This document shows, in pieces, positions 1 to 10,238 of a stretch of DNA of 64,000 nt. The DNA comes from Candidatus Hodarchaeota archaeon (GTDB lineage Archaea > Asgardarchaeota > Lokiarchaeia > Sigyniarchaeales > SOKP01), in assembly GCA_048886685.1 (NCBI GenBank), contig JBHLKM010000008.1, forward strand, positions 96,001 to 160,000, written 5' to 3'. Positions within the stretch are counted from its first letter, which is position 1; the number at the start of each line of letters is the position of its first letter. The notes beneath the pieces are model-generated. The model had not been told where the DNA came from and did no database searches. It saw only the letters and a program-made list of their open reading frames with translations. The position numbers and the translations under genes are program-made.

Positions 1-2
1 AT

Positions 3-1199
3 ACTTATGTATTTATATTCACTTCAGGTACCACAGGTCTCCCGAAAGCAGCTCATATCCGAAATGTTCACACTGTTGGAGCAATATTGGGGTGGGGAAA
101 AATGGCTTTAAACATGCAACCAGATGATATATACTATATTTCTCTTCCAATATACCATAGCAATGCTTTACATCTTGGATGGTCTGCTGCAATTGCTAAT
201 GGTTCAGCAGTCGCATTAGCTCGAAGATTCAGTGTGCGTAATTTTTGGAAAGATATAAATAAATTTAAAGCCACATGCTTTAATTATATCGGGGAAATTT
301 GCCGATACCTTTATAATCAACCACCTAGTTCTAATGATAGGAAGCATACAGTCTATAAAATTGCCGGAAATGGACTCAAACCGGAGATGTGGAAGGATTT
401 TAAAGAGAGATTTGGAATAAAAGAAGTATACGAACACTATGGAATGACAGAAATGCGGGGGATGTTTTGCAATTATCTCAATTTGGACTGCACAATTGGA
501 ATTTGTTTAAGTGAGCATGCTATTGTAAAATACGATATTGAAAATGATGAGCCAATTCGTGGAGAGGATGGATTTCTTCAAATGGTTGGGGAGGGTGAAG
601 CGGGATTATTTCTTATGAAAATTCAAGATCCTTATACATTTGCGGGATATACTAGTAAATCAGCAAGTAAACAAAAGATAATTGAAAATGTTTTTGAAAA
701 AGGTGATAAATGGATGTATTCCGGTGATTTAATAAGACCTATAGGATATGGTCATGCCCAATTTGTAGATCGGCTTGGTGATACCTTTCGTTGGAAAGGG
801 GAGAATGTATCCACATCTGAAGTTGAAGATGTCATATCTTCTTTTGAAGAAGTTGAGCATTCATCAGTTTATGGCGTTCATGTACCTAACACCGAGGGTA
901 GAGCCGGAATGGCATCAATTTTCACTAAGAATAAACATGAATTATTTAATTTTGAGGGATTTTCAAAATTATTAAATGAAAATTTACCTAAGTATGCAAT
1001 ACCTCTTTTTGTACGTTTCTTGTCAGCATTATCTACAACAAATACTTACAAAATCCCAAAATCAGATATGAAAAAAGTTGGTTTCGATATTAGTAAAACG
1101 GAAGACCCAATTTACGTTCTCTTGCCAGATACTTCAGATTATACTTTCCTAACTGAAGAAATTCATTCAAATATTATGAATGAGAAATATAGATTTTAA
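3..1199 (+). CDS. Long-chain acyl-CoA synthetase, FATP/FACL family (5'-truncated by window edge)
   Basis: Frame is open from base 3 and reads TYVFIFTSGTTGLPKAA (AMP-binding loop); also YGMTE, SGDL and DRLGDTFRWKGENVST (FATP signature). Confidence 0.92.
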   Translation, partial: TYVFIFTSGTTGLPKAAHIRNVHTVGAILGWGKMALNMQPDDIYYISLPIYHSNALHLGWSAAIANGSAVALARRFSVRNFWKDINKFKATCFNYIGEICRYLYNQPPSSNDRKHTVYKIAGNGLKPEMWKDFKERFGIKEVYEHYGMTEMRGMFCNYLNLDCTIGICLSEHAIVKYDIENDEPIRGEDGFLQMVGEGEAGLFLMKIQDPYTFAGYTSKSASKQKIIENVFEKGDKWMYSGDLIRPIGYGHAQFVDRLGDTFRWKGENVSTSEVEDVISSFEEVEHSSVYGVHVPNTEGRAGMASIFTKNKHELFNFEGFSKLLNENLPKYAIPLFVRFLSALSTTNTYKIPKSDMKKVGFDISKTEDPIYVLLPDTSDYTFLTEEIHSNIMNEKYRF

Positions 1200-1295
1200 G
1201 GAAGATATTAAATATCTTAACGAGAAATTTTAAAATTACAATTAGATTTTATTATATAACAAAATTGAAGTGAATTAATAAAATATTGATGAAAA

Positions 1296-2429
1296 ATGTC
1301 AAAAGCTATAGATGAAAAATATAGGAATGCTGTTCAAGTAATCAATACCGCAGGTGGTAGTCCAATTCCTGTAACTGACACTACTATTGCAATATTAAAG
1401 CATATTGTTTCGGAAGAGTATATAGACTTCATAATAGCATTTAAAGGTCGAAGATCTCAATCTATGGAACAATTAAAAGAGAGTACTGGGTTAACTGAGG
1501 AAGAAATCAATGAAAAAGTAAAATTGTTAGCCGCAAAAGGCTTAATAATGAACCAACCGAGTCGTACTGGTTTAATGGTCTTTCGATTAATGCCATTTAT
1601 CAATGTGGGGGTATTTGAATATACATTTATGAAAAAACTTGAATACAATGATTGGGAAAAAGAATTAGCGCAATTATTTGGGAAGCTTAATCAAGAGTCC
1701 AGAGGTAGAATGCTTGCTAATTATGACTATGTAGTTAAAAATATTCTTCCAAATATACGTCCAATTGACAGGACAGTACCTTATACTGAAAATTTTGAAA
1801 CTGGAAAAGAAATTAATATCACCATTGATAAAGAATTGGAAGCACCAGAAGAAAAAATAATTTCTACTCAAAAAGTTGAAGATATAATTCAAAAATTTGA
1901 TGATATTGCTGTAGGACATTGTTATTGCCGTCATCACCGTGATCTATTAGGAGAACCATGTAAACAAACTGATATGCGAGAAAATTGTTTTACATTTGGA
2001 AAATCTGCTCGCTATACTACTGAACAAGGCTTTGCTAGAATGATTTCTAAAGAAGAAGCACTTGAGATATTAAAAAAATCTGAAGAAGATGGATTGGTAC
2101 ATAAAGCATATCATCCCAATATGGATTTCAAGCGAGAAGAAGATAGTATATGCAATTGTTGCTCAGATTGTTGTGGTCAAGCAAGAGGTATAACAGTTAA
2201 TTTTACAGATCATATAGCGCGAGTAGATCATGACCTTTGTGCTGGATGTGGGACATGTGTCGAAAAATGCTATTCAGGTGCTAAAAGTTTAAACGATGAA
2301 GGAAAAGCTGAAACTGATGAAGAACTTTGTATAGGGTGTGGTATATGTGCCGCATTCTGCCCTGAAGGTGCTATCTCCTTAGTTGAAAAACAGAGAGTTG
2401 TAAGGTTTGCTCCTCCTCGTCCCAGCTAA
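1296..2429 (+). CDS. 4Fe-4S dicluster protein with N-terminal wHTH-like region and Cys-rich core
   Basis: HCYCR and ICNCCSDCC core; two C-terminal CxxCxxCxxxC ferredoxin motifs. Confidence 0.8.
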   Translation: MSKAIDEKYRNAVQVINTAGGSPIPVTDTTIAILKHIVSEEYIDFIIAFKGRRSQSMEQLKESTGLTEEEINEKVKLLAAKGLIMNQPSRTGLMVFRLMPFINVGVFEYTFMKKLEYNDWEKELAQLFGKLNQESRGRMLANYDYVVKNILPNIRPIDRTVPYTENFETGKEINITIDKELEAPEEKIISTQKVEDIIQKFDDIAVGHCYCRHHRDLLGEPCKQTDMRENCFTFGKSARYTTEQGFARMISKEEALEILKKSEEDGLVHKAYHPNMDFKREEDSICNCCSDCCGQARGITVNFTDHIARVDHDLCAGCGTCVEKCYSGAKSLNDEGKAETDEELCIGCGICAAFCPEGAISLVEKQRVVRFAPPRPS

Positions 2430-2533
2430 AATATCATTATTTTTTACTTTACAATCTTTATTTTTATTACCTTATAATGTACATTCTATCAACGTCATAA
2501 ATATTTAATACATATCAATTGAAAAATTATATT

Positions 2534-3439
2534 ATGAAAATCAAAAAAGTTGATCCAAATCTTAGTTGTATAAACTTGGATAATTTTTTAAATATATGGG
2601 TGTACTTCGATGAGGATATTTGTTTTTTGGTAGATCCAGGACCCACTGTAACTATCAATTTATTAAAGAAGTGCCTAGATCAATTAAATATTAAAAAAGA
2701 TGATCTAAATTATATTCTTATCACGCATCCTCATATTGATCACGCTGGCGGGGCAGGAAAATTACTCCGTTTTTTCCCTCAAGCTAAAATTATATGTCAC
2801 CCAAGAGGTATAAAACATCTCATAAATCCTAATAAACTTTGGGAAGCAAGTCTTAGGGTTTTGGGTAAAGCTGCAGAATTTTATGGAAAAATTGAACCTG
2901 TTCCTGAAGATCGTATAGAGTATCAAGAAAAATTGGAAAATGGTCTAATAAAAATAATAGAAACTTTAGGACATTCACCTCACCATCAATCTTACCTTTT
3001 TAAAAACATCTTATTTGTTGGAGAAGCATGTGGTCATCATTATCCAACAGATGAAATTATTTATATTCGTCCAGCGACACCACCTATCTTTGATTTTGAT
3101 ATTTATGTTTCTTCACTTCAAAAATTGATCAAATTAAAATTGGATAGTTTCAAAATATGTTTTCCTCACTGGGGACTGAGAGACAAAGCTGTTCTAATGA
3201 TACAGATCGCTCATGATCAAATTAATACTTGGTTTAAGGTAATCGAATCTCTTTACGACAAAAGAAAACAGCCCAATTTTATGGAAATCATTTTTATGGA
3301 ATTAAAGAAAGCTGATAATATTTTTGCGAATTTAGAATTACTAAGTAAAGAAATCCAATCTAGAGAGCCTTATACTATAAGACAGAGTGTTGCTGGAATC
3401 TTAGGGTATATTGAGAAAAAAAAGGAAGAAAAAATGTAA
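2534..3439 (+). CDS. Metallo-beta-lactamase-fold hydrolase
   Basis: THPHIDHAGG (HxHxDH), GHSPHH, PHWG; ATG at 2534 preferred over TTG 2519. Confidence 0.85.
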   Translation: MKIKKVDPNLSCINLDNFLNIWVYFDEDICFLVDPGPTVTINLLKKCLDQLNIKKDDLNYILITHPHIDHAGGAGKLLRFFPQAKIICHPRGIKHLINPNKLWEASLRVLGKAAEFYGKIEPVPEDRIEYQEKLENGLIKIIETLGHSPHHQSYLFKNILFVGEACGHHYPTDEIIYIRPATPPIFDFDIYVSSLQKLIKLKLDSFKICFPHWGLRDKAVLMIQIAHDQINTWFKVIESLYDKRKQPNFMEIIFMELKKADNIFANLELLSKEIQSREPYTIRQSVAGILGYIEKKKEEKM

Positions 3440-3632
3440 TTCAATTCATATTTTTTAAGAGTATGGAATTTTTTTTTAGGGTTTTAAACCTAATTCAAAA
3501 GTGTTTTACATCTTTCTTTTTCGCTCTCTTACAATATTTTACGGTGGTGTTTTTACCCGAAAGTGAATATATTATTTCTTCTAATATTAATTATAATAAT
3601 TAGATTATAAAAAAAAAAGTAAATCAAAATCT

Positions 3633-4202
3633 TTATTTGATTTCAATTTTTTTCTTTTCTGGGACTACAGGTTCAACCTTGGGGATCGTTACTGTCAATA
3701 TCCCCTTATCGAGACTAGCGTCAATCTTATCCTCATCGATGTTATCAGGTAAGGAAAAAGCCCGATAATAACTTGAAGAACGATATTCTCTCCTGACTAA
3801 TTCTCCTTCCTTCTCTTCTTTCTTTTCTTCTTTTACTTCTCCTTTGATCTCTAAATTCCCGTCTTGGATAGTAATTTCAATATCACTCTTTTCTAATCCC
3901 GGTAATTCCGCACTAATAGAAAAGGCATCGTCTCCTTCGGTAATGTTTGCTAAAGGTGTTCTAAAAATTGGCTCATCTTCTCTTATAATCAATGAAAATG
4001 GTCGTCTCCGTTGCCTTCCAAACGGCCAAAACCAATCGTCAAAGAAATTTCGTTGCATATCATTAAACATTTTATCCATCTCTTGAAATAACGAAAATGG
4101 ACTTTCTCTTCTTACTGTTATTTCTCTTGATTTTTGATCTTCCCGTTTTTCTTCCTTACTCTTTTCTTTCTTTTTCACTTCAATTTTATTTTTTTCACTC
4201 AT
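3633..4202 (-). CDS. hsp20: Small heat shock protein (Hsp20/alpha-crystallin)
   Basis: AELPGL, DASLDKGILTVTIPK, C-terminal IEI motif; SD GAGGTGA at 4208-4214 (minus). Confidence 0.95.
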   Translation of the reverse strand: MSEKNKIEVKKKEKSKEEKREDQKSREITVRRESPFSLFQEMDKMFNDMQRNFFDDWFWPFGRQRRRPFSLIIREDEPIFRTPLANITEGDDAFSISAELPGLEKSDIEITIQDGNLEIKGEVKEEKKEEKEGELVRREYRSSSYYRAFSLPDNIDEDKIDASLDKGILTVTIPKVEPVVPEKKKIEIK

Positions 4203-4284
4203 TTAATTCACCTCAATATTTTTTATTTTTATACTTATGTCAAGGAAAGGTTTACAACTCTTGATTACAATATATTAACTGACA

Positions 4285-4292
4285 TATTTAAA
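4285..4292 (-). promoter_or_regulatory. Putative TATA box (TTTAAATA) of hsp20
   Basis: Minus strand reads AAAAAAACGAAATA-TTTAAATA: purine-rich BRE-like segment then TATA, about 85 nt upstream of the start. Confidence 0.45.
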
Positions 4293-4430
4293 TATTTCGT
4301 TTTTTTTCCTTTGAAGAATCAGTGCTCGTCTTATGAAGACTTCATTCTATTAGACTTTATATAAAGAAGTATATGTCATAAAAATAAAAAATAAGCGTAT
4401 AAAATGGTCCTTTTTTTCCTAATTTGTAAT

Positions 4431-5285
4431 TTAGATTTTTTTCTCTAAATAACTTTGTAAGACATCAAAACCGCTTAGTATCCATTTATAACGATTTTCA
4501 ATTCCTTGTTTCATATCCATTTCTGTAAATATATAAAAAATATCGTTTTCAATCGCATTGAATGTCATATCTGCCACTAAATCTGGAGACATTGAACCAC
4601 GATATCTATTTCTTATCTCCTCTAATCTCTCATTTATTTTCTCCCGATTTGTTGAGCCTTTACTGGGATTTTTTAGATCTTTCGGTCGATTTCTGTTGCT
4701 ATCAACTATAGCTGTATCTACAATTCCAGGAACCAATAAAGAGACACTTACATTTGAATCTATTTTCTTTAATTCGATTCTCATTAACTCTGATAAGGCT
4801 GTTACTCCGTATTTCGTGATATCATAAGCTCCATTTCCAGGAGAGAAAGCACTTCCTGAAGATGTGTTTACAATATGAGATTCTTCATTTTGTTCAAACA
4901 TAATTGGTAGAAAAGTTATAACTCCGTAGATTACACCCCATAGATTAACAGCTATTACCCATTGAAAATCCTTTAAAGTATTTTGAAGAATATTTGTTCC
5001 AGGTATTACCCCTGCATTGTTAAAAAGTAAATTAACCTTTCCATATGCTTTTAAAGTCTGATCAGCAAGATTTTTTATATCTTCCAATGAAGAAACATCA
5101 CAAACAACTGCAAGCGCATCCCCACCAGTGTTCTTCAGTTCGTTTGTTACTTTTAAAAGTAAGTCTTCTTCAATATCTGATAAAACAGTTTTTATCCCTA
5201 GCTTTACGCAATGCTTCGCAATCCCTAATCCAATCCCACTGGCAGCTCCTGTAATTACTGCTACCTTATTTTTGAAATCTTTCAT
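4431..5285 (-). CDS. SDR-family oxidoreductase
   Basis: TGAASGIG, NNAGV, YDITK (YxxxK). Confidence 0.92.
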   Translation of the reverse strand: MKDFKNKVAVITGAASGIGLGIAKHCVKLGIKTVLSDIEEDLLLKVTNELKNTGGDALAVVCDVSSLEDIKNLADQTLKAYGKVNLLFNNAGVIPGTNILQNTLKDFQWVIAVNLWGVIYGVITFLPIMFEQNEESHIVNTSSGSAFSPGNGAYDITKYGVTALSELMRIELKKIDSNVSVSLLVPGIVDTAIVDSNRNRPKDLKNPSKGSTNREKINERLEEIRNRYRGSMSPDLVADMTFNAIENDIFYIFTEMDMKQGIENRYKWILSGFDVLQSYLEKKI

Positions 5286-5382
5286 TATTGTTAAAAAAGA
5301 AAAGTAAATATTAATTTAGACATACAATCATATAAAATTATTCAAATATTTTAAAAATTAAGAAGATATGTATCGATTTAAA

Positions 5383-5615
5383 ATGGACTATAAATTCATA
5401 ACTCTTGACAATAAGGATCACTTAACAAATATTTGTCTTAACCGACCAAAAGTACTAAATGCTATTAATGCTCATGTAAGTTTTGAGCTTGAAAATGCTC
5501 AAAGGCAAATACTACAATATTCCCACTATATAGAAAATTTACTCAATCTCATGATTTTATTGAAGTTCCAAGAGCTTTCTCAGAAAAAAGAAAACCTATT
5601 TGGAAAGGAATCTAA
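5383..5615 (+). pseudogene. Internally deleted enoyl-CoA hydratase paralog
   Basis: 5' part MDYKFITLDNKDHLTNICLNRPKVLNAINAHVSFELE matches the N-terminus of 5650..6447. The 3' part, in another frame, reads KANTTIFPLYRKFTQSHDFIEVPRAFSEKRKPIWKGI* and matches its C-terminus. 233 nt versus 798 nt. Confidence 0.9.
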
Positions 5616-5649
5616 ATAAAAAGATATTAAAGATATAGGATGAATAAAA

Positions 5650-6447
5650 ATGGATTATAAATATATTATTGTTGAAAAGAAAGAACATCTTTTAATTATT
5701 CGTCTTAATAGACCAGAAGTAAGAAATGCTATCAATCCATATGTAAGCATCGAGTTAGAAGATGTGTTTAATGAATTTGAAAATGACCCAGATTCATGGA
5801 TTGCAATCGTGACAGGAGTAGGTGATAAAGCATTTTCGGCAGGATTTGATTTAAAATGGGGTGCCACTGCTAGTCCCGAAGAACAAAGAGAAGCTTTTAG
5901 CAAACTCAAATACAGAGCTGTTACTGGAGGATTAACCTTTAATCCCAATATTACTAAACCTGTTATTGCTGCGGTAAATGGTTTTGCTTTTGGTGGAGGA
6001 TTCGAACTTGCGTTAGGCAGTGATCTCATCATTGCGGCTGAAAATGCTGTTTTTTCTCTGCCTGAGCCATTAGTGGGACGAGTACCTACTGAAGGGGGAG
6101 TTCATAGATTAGTAAGATATCTCCCTTATCATCTAGCAATGGAAATACTCTTTACACACAAGCGTATTTCTGCTCAAGAAGGACTAGAACTTGGTTTTGT
6201 GAATAAAGTTGTCCCATTAGACCAATTAATGCCTGAAGCAGAAAAAATGGCAAATATCATAATGGAGGGTTCTCCTTTAGCAATCCGTGCAATTAAACAA
6301 ATGGCAAATGATGGACTCGAAATGACATTGAGAAAAGCAAATACTACAATATTCCCTCTATATAGACAATTTACCCAGTCTCATGATTTCATTGAAGGAC
6401 CAAGAGCCTTCTCTGAAAAAAGAAAACCTATTTGGAAAGGAGTTTAA
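5650..6447 (+). CDS. Enoyl-CoA hydratase/isomerase (crotonase family)
   Basis: LNRPEVRNA, AFSAGFDL, AVNGFAFGGGFEL, LPEP. Confidence 0.93.
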   Translation: MDYKYIIVEKKEHLLIIRLNRPEVRNAINPYVSIELEDVFNEFENDPDSWIAIVTGVGDKAFSAGFDLKWGATASPEEQREAFSKLKYRAVTGGLTFNPNITKPVIAAVNGFAFGGGFELALGSDLIIAAENAVFSLPEPLVGRVPTEGGVHRLVRYLPYHLAMEILFTHKRISAQEGLELGFVNKVVPLDQLMPEAEKMANIIMEGSPLAIRAIKQMANDGLEMTLRKANTTIFPLYRQFTQSHDFIEGPRAFSEKRKPIWKGV

Positions 6448-6483
6448 AATATTAAGAATTCAAAAATTTGGAAATGATATATT

Positions 6484-7275
6484 ATGAAATATGAATACAT
6501 AATTGTAGAAAAGAAAGAACATATAACAATTGTTACCCTAAATCGACCAGAAGTATTGAATGCGCTTCATCCTTATATACAATTAGAACTTGGACATGCA
6601 ATTAATGAATTTGAGGATGAACCTAATGCGTGGGTTGCAATTTTAACAGGTGTAGGAGAAAAAGCGTTTTCTGCTGGCGCCGATTTAAAGTGGGCAGCAA
6701 CAACGAGTGTTGAAGAACAGAGAAAAGCTTATGAAAAAGTAAGAAGTCAATCAGCTTCGCTTATAAGAAATTTTAGAATTACTAAACCATTAATTGCAGC
6801 AGTTAATGGTCTTGCCTTTGGAGGGGGCTTCGAACTTGCCTTAAGCTGTGATCTTATTATTGCTGCTGAACACGCTACATTTTGCCTACCAGAACCTGTT
6901 GTAGGGAGAATTCCTTCAGGAGGTGGAATTCATCGTTTAGTAAGATATCTTCCATATCATTTAGCAATGGACATTCTCCTTACCCGTAAACGCATAACTG
7001 CGCAAGAAGGGGTACAATATGGTTTTGTAAAAAAAGTAGTTCCATTCGATCAACTGTTAAATGAAGCAGAGAAAACAGCAAACATTATAATGGAAGGTTC
7101 ACCCCTTGCTATTCGAACAATAAAGCAAATGGCTATTGATGGACTTCAGATGACATTAAAAGAAGCCCTTTTTGCAAATTTTCCACTATATACGAAATTT
7201 CTCCGCTCTCATGATTTTAGAGAAGGTCCAAAAGCATTTAGTGAAAAAAGAAAACCTGTTTGGAAAGGAGAATAA
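6484..7275 (+). CDS. Enoyl-CoA hydratase/isomerase, tandem paralog
   Basis: LNRPEVLNA, AFSAGADL, AVNGLAFGGGFEL; closely similar to the upstream gene. Confidence 0.93.
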   Translation: MKYEYIIVEKKEHITIVTLNRPEVLNALHPYIQLELGHAINEFEDEPNAWVAILTGVGEKAFSAGADLKWAATTSVEEQRKAYEKVRSQSASLIRNFRITKPLIAAVNGLAFGGGFELALSCDLIIAAEHATFCLPEPVVGRIPSGGGIHRLVRYLPYHLAMDILLTRKRITAQEGVQYGFVKKVVPFDQLLNEAEKTANIIMEGSPLAIRTIKQMAIDGLQMTLKEALFANFPLYTKFLRSHDFREGPKAFSEKRKPVWKGE

Positions 7276-7311
7276 TTATTGCATTTAAGAAAGAAGAGAG
7301 TAAAAAAATTT

Positions 7312-7863
7312 TTAGTTCTTATTTTTTTGGGCTAGGAAAGTACACATCCCATCACGGGGCATTTCTTGAGTTTGACTTACCTCAACATCATCCATCTTAA
7401 GAATGTTAAAAATTGTTTTCCAAATAGTTAAACAACCATTTTTGCATGGTAATATTTTCAAATCTTCTTCAGGTAATGCTTCTTTTAGTTTGTTGTGAAC
7501 TGTACATGTATCCTCTACAATTGAAAAGCTCAATTCTTTATTATATGCAGTTTGGATTAACACAACACTCATCAAATGAATTGACAAACAGGTAATTTCA
7601 ATAAATCGTTGGGCTTCATGCGGAAATCTAATTTCTCCCGTCTTTTCAGCTGATAGTTTGATCATTTCGTACATGTGATCAATATTCTCGGGTTTAATTC
7701 CTAACTCATAAGTTCTTTCCATCAGATTTTTTCCCCATTCCTCAAAAACTGAAGCATCTTTCGATTCAAGGTATTTCTTGGCAATTTTGGCTCCACCAAA
7801 TTCCTCTTCAATAGTCTTGAAGAGTTCTTCTCTGATATTATAATCATATCGTGGTTGCATCAT
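7312..7863 (-). CDS. Hypothetical protein, possibly V4R-like Cys-liganded domain
   Basis: 183 aa; C-terminal CTV...PCKNGC...GMCTF pattern; 4-nt overlap with the upstream gene. Confidence 0.55.
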   Translation of the reverse strand: MMQPRYDYNIREELFKTIEEEFGGAKIAKKYLESKDASVFEEWGKNLMERTYELGIKPENIDHMYEMIKLSAEKTGEIRFPHEAQRFIEITCLSIHLMSVVLIQTAYNKELSFSIVEDTCTVHNKLKEALPEEDLKILPCKNGCLTIWKTIFNILKMDDVEVSQTQEMPRDGMCTFLAQKNKN

Positions 7864-8267
7864 AATTTTTTCAACCCCTTATACGTAGAATCTAACTTTT
7901 CAATTCGTTTTTGATTTTCCATTGCAACTTCTAGTGATTCGAATGGATGTTTATATGGATTCTCTCCCTCTTTTACCTCAGGAAGTGTAATTTCAATAGT
8001 TATTGCATCTTCTGGACAATTATTGGTGCATTCCATACAGCCAATGCATTTTGGGGCGGCCGATCCTGCTACTAAATAATTCTTAGGTTTGTTAGGATCT
8101 GGTTTCATATAAGCACCTGAAACTTTTGGGTAGGAGTGGACATGAAAAACTCCTTGGGGGCATTTTGTATAACATTTATAGTTGCATATCATGGGTAATT
8201 GACATTTTTCTCTATCTACTTTAATTCTTATAACCGGTATATCCAAATTTTTTATTTGTATTGCCAT
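7860..8267 (-). CDS. Ferredoxin-like 4Fe-4S protein
   Basis: CQLPMICNYKCYTKCP and CIGCMECTNNCP; SD GAGGTGA before ATG 8267. Confidence 0.8.
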   Translation of the reverse strand: MAIQIKNLDIPVIRIKVDREKCQLPMICNYKCYTKCPQGVFHVHSYPKVSGAYMKPDPNKPKNYLVAGSAAPKCIGCMECTNNCPEDAITIEITLPEVKEGENPYKHPFESLEVAMENQKRIEKLDSTYKGLKKL

Positions 8268-8278
8268 ATAATCACCTC

Positions 8279-9142
8279 TTACCAATCATATCTTAGAATA
8301 GGGAAATCCCGCCTATTTTTCAGTTCAATCGCATCAAATTCGCAAACACTATCACAAAGACCGCATCCAAAACACATCTGAGCGTCAATTTGTACCCTTT
8401 TTTGTCTAATGTCAGCAGCTATAGCCCCAAATTGACATCTTTGAACACATTTAAAGCATCCAGTACATTTTTCCATATTATGGATTGCAACTCTTTCACC
8501 TTTTATTAGCTGTTTTTCACCATAACGCAACCTATTCTCGATCGATGCACAATCTGGTCGTGAACAATTACAAAGACCTCCGATATAGGGCCCTCCATTC
8601 CTCTCTCCAAAATTCATCAAATTTTGAACCAGTCCTTTCTTATTCCATTTAATTACCCACTCTCGTGCTTCATCGTGATCCACCCATTCTGCTCCTGCTA
8701 CATATCGTGCAGGAGTTCTTTCCCATCTATACATTCCAATCCCGAGACCTAAGCAAGTCATTTTGGAGCGATCTCTCTCCACATAGCCAAATTTGAATTT
8801 CCTACATTCGCAATGAATAAAACAGATTGGTGAACTTATATCTATAAGGTCTAATGCATCTTGAAGAGTAAGTACTTGAGCACCTTGAACCTTAGTATGC
8901 AACCGATTTGCAGCTCGCATAAGATCAGGAAATCTCTCATCTTTAAGATTATATGCATCTATTGCCTGAGCAACAAGCGGACCTGCAGCTGCCTCAATAG
9001 CCGCAGTTCCACCTTTTATACGTTTTATATTCTTTTTTGTTTGGTCTACACGATTCCGATGATACATGAATCGAGCGTATCGCTTTGCATCTTTAAACCA
9101 AATTTTTGCACTTTCATTATGGGTGAAACATATGTCGCACAT
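8279..9142 (-). CDS. 4Fe-4S dicluster protein with N-terminal MCxxCxxH motif
   Basis: MCDICFTH, CECR, LCNCSRPDC, two CxxCxxCxxxC motifs; ATG at 9142. Confidence 0.8.
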   Translation of the reverse strand: MCDICFTHNESAKIWFKDAKRYARFMYHRNRVDQTKKNIKRIKGGTAAIEAAAGPLVAQAIDAYNLKDERFPDLMRAANRLHTKVQGAQVLTLQDALDLIDISSPICFIHCECRKFKFGYVERDRSKMTCLGLGIGMYRWERTPARYVAGAEWVDHDEAREWVIKWNKKGLVQNLMNFGERNGGPYIGGLCNCSRPDCASIENRLRYGEKQLIKGERVAIHNMEKCTGCFKCVQRCQFGAIAADIRQKRVQIDAQMCFGCGLCDSVCEFDAIELKNRRDFPILRYDW

Positions 9143-9376
9143 TTCTTTCTTCCCCTTTCTTTTCAATATAAAATTTTGCTAATTTTTATTAAATCATATT
9201 TAATTTTGGTAAAATATAATACTTTTGATTTACCTTAATATCAATTCCCTTTATATTATTCACGCGAAAAATCATCCTAATAATTTTAAGAAAATTTAGC
9301 ATTAAATGTTTAAATATTTTGGGAGATAAAATCAGTTAATAAAACAAAAAAAATACATAAAAAAGGTGAGAAGAAA

Positions 9377-10132
9377 ATTTCATTTGAAACAGTTCTTTAT
9401 GAAAGCAATAAGGAAACTAAAGTGGGGTATATAACTTTAAACAGACCTGAAAAACATAATGCATTAAGTTATCAACTACTTGACGATATAGATGCCGTTT
9501 TTGATCATGCGGAAGCAGATAACAATGTAAATGTTATCGTACTAAAAGGTGCAGGCAAAAGTTTTTGTTCTGGCTTTGATACAAAGGGGTCATATTATAT
9601 AACGCCTCCTGAAGGTGGTTGGAAATATAAGAATTCTTACGATATACTACGTAAAAAAATTTATGCGAAGTATCCGCGTATATTTAATTTCCCTAAGGTA
9701 ACAATCGCTCAAATTCATGGGCATTGTACTGATGCGGGATGTTATCTTCAACTTTGCTGTGATATTTCAGTTGCCGCTGAAGATGCTGTATTAGGACATC
9801 CTGCTCAATTATGGGGTGGTTCACAAAGCTTACCGCTATGGCAGTTTTACTTAGGCGTTAAAAAAGCACGATATCTTTTAATGAGTGGGAGAAGAATTTC
9901 AGGAAAGGAAGCTGCAGAAATGGGGCTTGTGAGTATAAGTGTCCCACGAGATAAACTCGATGAAGAAGTAAATAAATTAGCGGGAGAAATTGCCAAGATA
10001 CCACCTTGGGGAGCTTTGCACAATAAACTTGCGATGAATACTGATCTTAAAATTCGAGGTATTGATGCCTTATTTGAATACTATGGTCAGATGAATAGAT
10101 TCGGTAGATTTGTTCCGGGAAGATCACGTTGA
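9377..10132 (+). CDS. Enoyl-CoA hydratase/isomerase family; probable ATT start
   Basis: SD AGGTGA then ATT-TCA-TTT-GAA gives (M)SFETVLYESNKETKVGYITLNRP, matching paralog N-termini; SFCSGFD, QIHGHC. Confidence 0.85.
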   Translation: MSFETVLYESNKETKVGYITLNRPEKHNALSYQLLDDIDAVFDHAEADNNVNVIVLKGAGKSFCSGFDTKGSYYITPPEGGWKYKNSYDILRKKIYAKYPRIFNFPKVTIAQIHGHCTDAGCYLQLCCDISVAAEDAVLGHPAQLWGGSQSLPLWQFYLGVKKARYLLMSGRRISGKEAAEMGLVSISVPRDKLDEEVNKLAGEIAKIPPWGALHNKLAMNTDLKIRGIDALFEYYGQMNRFGRFVPGRSR

Positions 10133-10238
10133 GACTAAATATCACCTGATAACTATAATAAAATTATTTTTAACCAATTTTTTTAAAAGATATTATAATT
10201 TAAATTATTATTAGTAGAAAAGGAGGTTTTTATAGAAA

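Noticed and set aside
1202-1218. Palindrome AAGATATT-A-AATATCTT and similar AT-rich palindromes near 33771 and 34874
   Set aside because: Nearly all A/T and not a consistent recurring motif; cannot be separated from chance
4312-4366. Short hairpins (GTCTT-ATG-AAGAC, CTTTATATAAAG) as ncRNA or SECIS
   Set aside because: The stems are too short, there is no adjacent selenoprotein, and such hairpins are expected in AT-rich DNA
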